Assembly (NCBI GenBank): GCA_964016885.1
Contig: OZ024742.1
Location: 66,526,001 to 66,590,000 of the forward strand
Reading direction: 5' to 3'
Length of the DNA: 64,000 nucleotides
From: Eledone cirrhosa
Taxonomy: Eukaryota
Under the pieces are notes generated by a model. It ran no database searches, had not been told where the DNA came from, and worked only from the letters and a program-made list of their open reading frames with translations. The translations under genes were made by a program, and so were the position numbers. The first letter of the stretch is position 1, and each line of letters opens with the position of its first letter. Positions 60,793 to 64,000 of the stretch are shown in pieces.

Positions 60793-63228
60793 AGTGAGAG
60801 AGAGGAGAGAGTGTGTGAAAGAAGAATATACAGAAATGCACATAGCAAGATGTATAAGAGTGTTTACATCTGTCAATCAGTTTACATACATATTTTTATA
60901 TACGTACAGTTATAGTTACGTACGAGCACACACACATCATACGCACACACATTGTGGCTGCCAACTCGTTTTCGAGTACGGCCACTACTTTATATCCATG
61001 TAGGAGAACTCCAACCGATGCGCTGAACGAGTGTGACTTTTTAGTCCAGCCAGCGACTTGAAAAGACTGGTACAAACACTACACTTGTGACAATTACTGA
61101 CACATAGTGCTGGGCCCATGGTACCATGTGATGACAAGTGCAGAGAGATCTCCAGATATAAAGCAATGCCTGTGCCGTGAAGCTTTTATAGTGAGCAAAG
61201 GCACTGCACAAAGCCAGTCCCACTCTCTTAACCAAGATGATATTTACCAAAAAGAAGAACAAGTCAACATCATTGGATACCATCAGGGTTGCAGGTATTA
61301 TATCAGAGTTTTCCTTCTCCTAGAATTCTGTCTTGACAAAGGCTAAGGGGTCATCTCTTTCCCGGTGATTTTGGATGGCCATTGACTCATAAGAGCTCCT
61401 TTGCCCACACATACGTACATACACACACATCGTACACCTGCTTCCAAAAGTCAGAAGTGTATATATATATATATAATTATACATATAAATAATATGCAGA
61501 AATGTGTGTGTGTGTGTGTGTGTGTGTTTATGTGTGAACCTGTGCCTGTTTGTGTGTATATCTATATATTATCTCATGTTTGTCTCGATGATCAAGTCGG
61601 AGAAGTTAAGCAATCATATTGTTTTACGTTTGAAGTTGGCCAACTCACTGATTGTGTTATGGTGCAATTACTTGGCAGATGAGATTTTCCCGTGAAAGAA
61701 ACTGTGCGTATCGATGCAAATAATGGCGCTTTTCGAGAAAAATCATTTGAAACAAATCTAGCCTATGACGCCGACGAATTTTTTATTGTAACACGTGAAC
61801 TGCGAACTTGTAAGGTTTTCTGAAGGCAAGTATCGTGGAATATTCTCGACTCGTGGAAATCTATCTCTCTAATTAGGAATGTCCTGCAGTTGTACATCTG
61901 TGGGCTCGACAGATGTTAAAATAACTATATAGTGTTTGCTCCTAGAAAAGGTCGGCTTTGAAGTTTATCAATTGCATCTCAAACGTGATTGACACGTGCA
62001 ACTATATTATAATTATCCTGTACCGTGGAAAACAGGGAGCATAGTGCAACTTGAATTATTTGACACCTGGATTTTGTCACCATCTATGTGACTAGATATA
62101 TGTATAGTTCGACTGTTGGAAAACTGGCTGATACCACTTGTTTACCTGTTATCTCCAGTTGATTGCGCTTTCTTATAGATAACAACCCTATTTCTTCCTT
62201 TATGGTTTTCATTCCACCATTTATCTCAGATCATGTTACCGAATTACTTTTATGTGAAATCACAGTGGGTAGGGTTACATTGATGAAATCAACTTAAATA
62301 CTATTTTATATTATTGACTGATGACATGCAATGGGGTGTTCACAGGTAACTGGAATTAGAACGTCAACGGTTGTACCTAAGACTACATGGCATTTCGCTC
62401 GAAACTGTAAATTTCTACTAACAATAAAACAGATCAATGAAAAGTATAACAAATAATTATAATGATTTCTAATTCAGAAAATAATTAACAAAATACCCCC
62501 AACATTTTGAAATATTTAAAATTTGAGGAAATTATACACAAAAACATATCAACACTATGTAAGATATAAAGAAGCGGAATAAGGTACCATCATTAAGCAT
62601 AAATGAATACAATTTTGCAAGGTGTTTCTTACAGAATATTATGATTATTCACAATTATCATAATCATATTGATGTATGTTTTAGTTTGCTGTTTTTTGTT
62701 ATGTCTTCAAAGCGAAATAGCTTTAATTTGCAGCTAAATTTATAATACAGTCTGTAAAGTGATTTTCCATTGCGATTATATGAAAAAAATATTGCCCAAA
62801 GAAATATTAAAGAATTTTCTATTTGGAAAAATCAAAGGTTAAAATACTTAAAGTCTTTTGTTGAATTACTATTGCAAGACATTTCAAGAAAAGCAAAATA
62901 GACGAAAGACAACTAATAATTAGAGTTGAGCTATACTTGGAAGTTACAGAAGCATCATTGTCATGTTTAAGATCTAAATATTTAGATTGCCCTTCTAGCA
63001 TGAATGATGTATTCAAATGCTGTCACGAATTTTGACAAGGAATAAGATTATAGAATAAAATAGGTTGATGTCATGGATTGATAATTCCATTGACAATCGA
63101 TAATTACGCTGAATAGTATTTGTGGTTTACTGAGAGATGTGAAATATATTTTGTCAGATCTAAGTTTTCGGAGAGATGTGTAACATAGACGCAACGTTTT
63201 TATACAAGCAGCTGTGCATTGAATCCAA

Positions 63229-63420
63229 GGGCTGTGGACTGGCAGTATCGGTAGAGTGTCACACACCATGCTTTGCAGCAGAGAGTTGTTGCCCTTTACG
63301 TTCTGAGTTCAAATCCCGACAGGATTAGCTTTGCCTTTCTTCCTTACGGGGTCGATAAAATAAAGTACCAGTAATGCACTGGGATAGTTGCTGGCCTTGT
63401 GCCAAAAGTAGAAAATTATT
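63229..63420 (+). mobile_element. tRNA-derived SINE (octopus-type, Meta-domain-like), diverged
   Basis: A-box-like TGGCAGTATCGGTAG, B-box GAGTTCAAATCCC, then GCCTTTC..GGGGTCGATAAAATAAAGTACCAG. Recognised from memory, not searched. Confidence 0.7.
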
Positions 63421-63688
63421 ACAGTGAATCCAAACGTAAATATTTTGTTTTCAGAAACTTAAAGCATTGGCGTAGTTACATAGTTACACAATGATGGCTA
63501 TAAGAAATGTACACTAGCACGTTTAATTTATAGTATATAGTGTTAGCTATATGGAATGGATAGAAATAATGTGCAGGAGAATTAATATATAGAAGATAGA
63601 ATGAGAAATGCAAGATGAAATTAAAAGATAGAGATTGAGAAGAACTGAAAAATGTTTGAGAAAACGCATGCGTGTATTCATATATACA

Positions 63689-63872
63689 CACGAGGATTGG
63701 CTGAAAAGTTAATAAGCTCACCATGACACTCCGATGGAATGACCACATGAGATTAATGTTTCAACATATTATCTGGAGAGAAAAATGCATTCATTAATAA
63801 GAGTTGAAATTAATGCATGCAAGTTTTCACTGCTCTAGCACCAGCCTATGATGTTTTTAGCCGATCATTGTA
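63689..63872. mobile_element. Decayed mariner-like MITE
   Basis: Imperfect inverted termini (21/32 matches by hand) starting CACGAGGATTGGCTGAAAAGT. Confidence 0.4.
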
Positions 63873-64000
63873 CGTAGAACCTAGTTAATTGCCTAAGTCT
63901 AATCCCAGACATTAGAATCCAATGAAAATATCACAATACTGATCACTTAAAATGGCACTCCAAGGAAAACATCGAAAGCTTGGTATATTGAATTATTTGT

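Noticed and set aside
60950-63030. Possible host exons or old repeats
   Set aside because: Only short ORFs with no recognisable motif or supported splice structure.

Overview
Eukaryotic, gene-free, AT-rich window. The SINE near 63.3 kb resembles octopus SINEs, so the host is probably a cephalopod (inference). The first ~60.8 kb is a nest of Penelope-like retroelements (PLEs) and their non-autonomous derivatives inserted into (TA)n microsatellites. It holds: a Neptune-like element with two overlapping ORFs joined by an in-frame UUUUUUA slippery site; four Hydra-clade-like families; a 14.2-kb tandem-plus-inverted insertion of a family with intact 1275-aa RT/GIY-YIG ORFs, and a decayed relative of it; and a Nematis-like 3' fragment. 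Nearly every family carries its own minimal type I hammerhead ribozyme in the pseudo-LTR (pLTR), including U3:A8 core variants. After a 200-N gap, a ~2.9-3.2-kb composite unit is repeated three times; it is built from ribozyme-bearing fold-back pLTRs and a non-autonomous Helitron. One copy carries a ~10-mer array of a 310-bp hammerhead retrozyme, and another copy shows the matching empty site. The last ~3 kb is ordinary intergenic DNA with a tRNA-derived SINE and a decayed MITE. Family labels (P1, P2, N1, H1-H5) are my own, clade calls rest on motifs read by eye, and ribozyme folds are manual.
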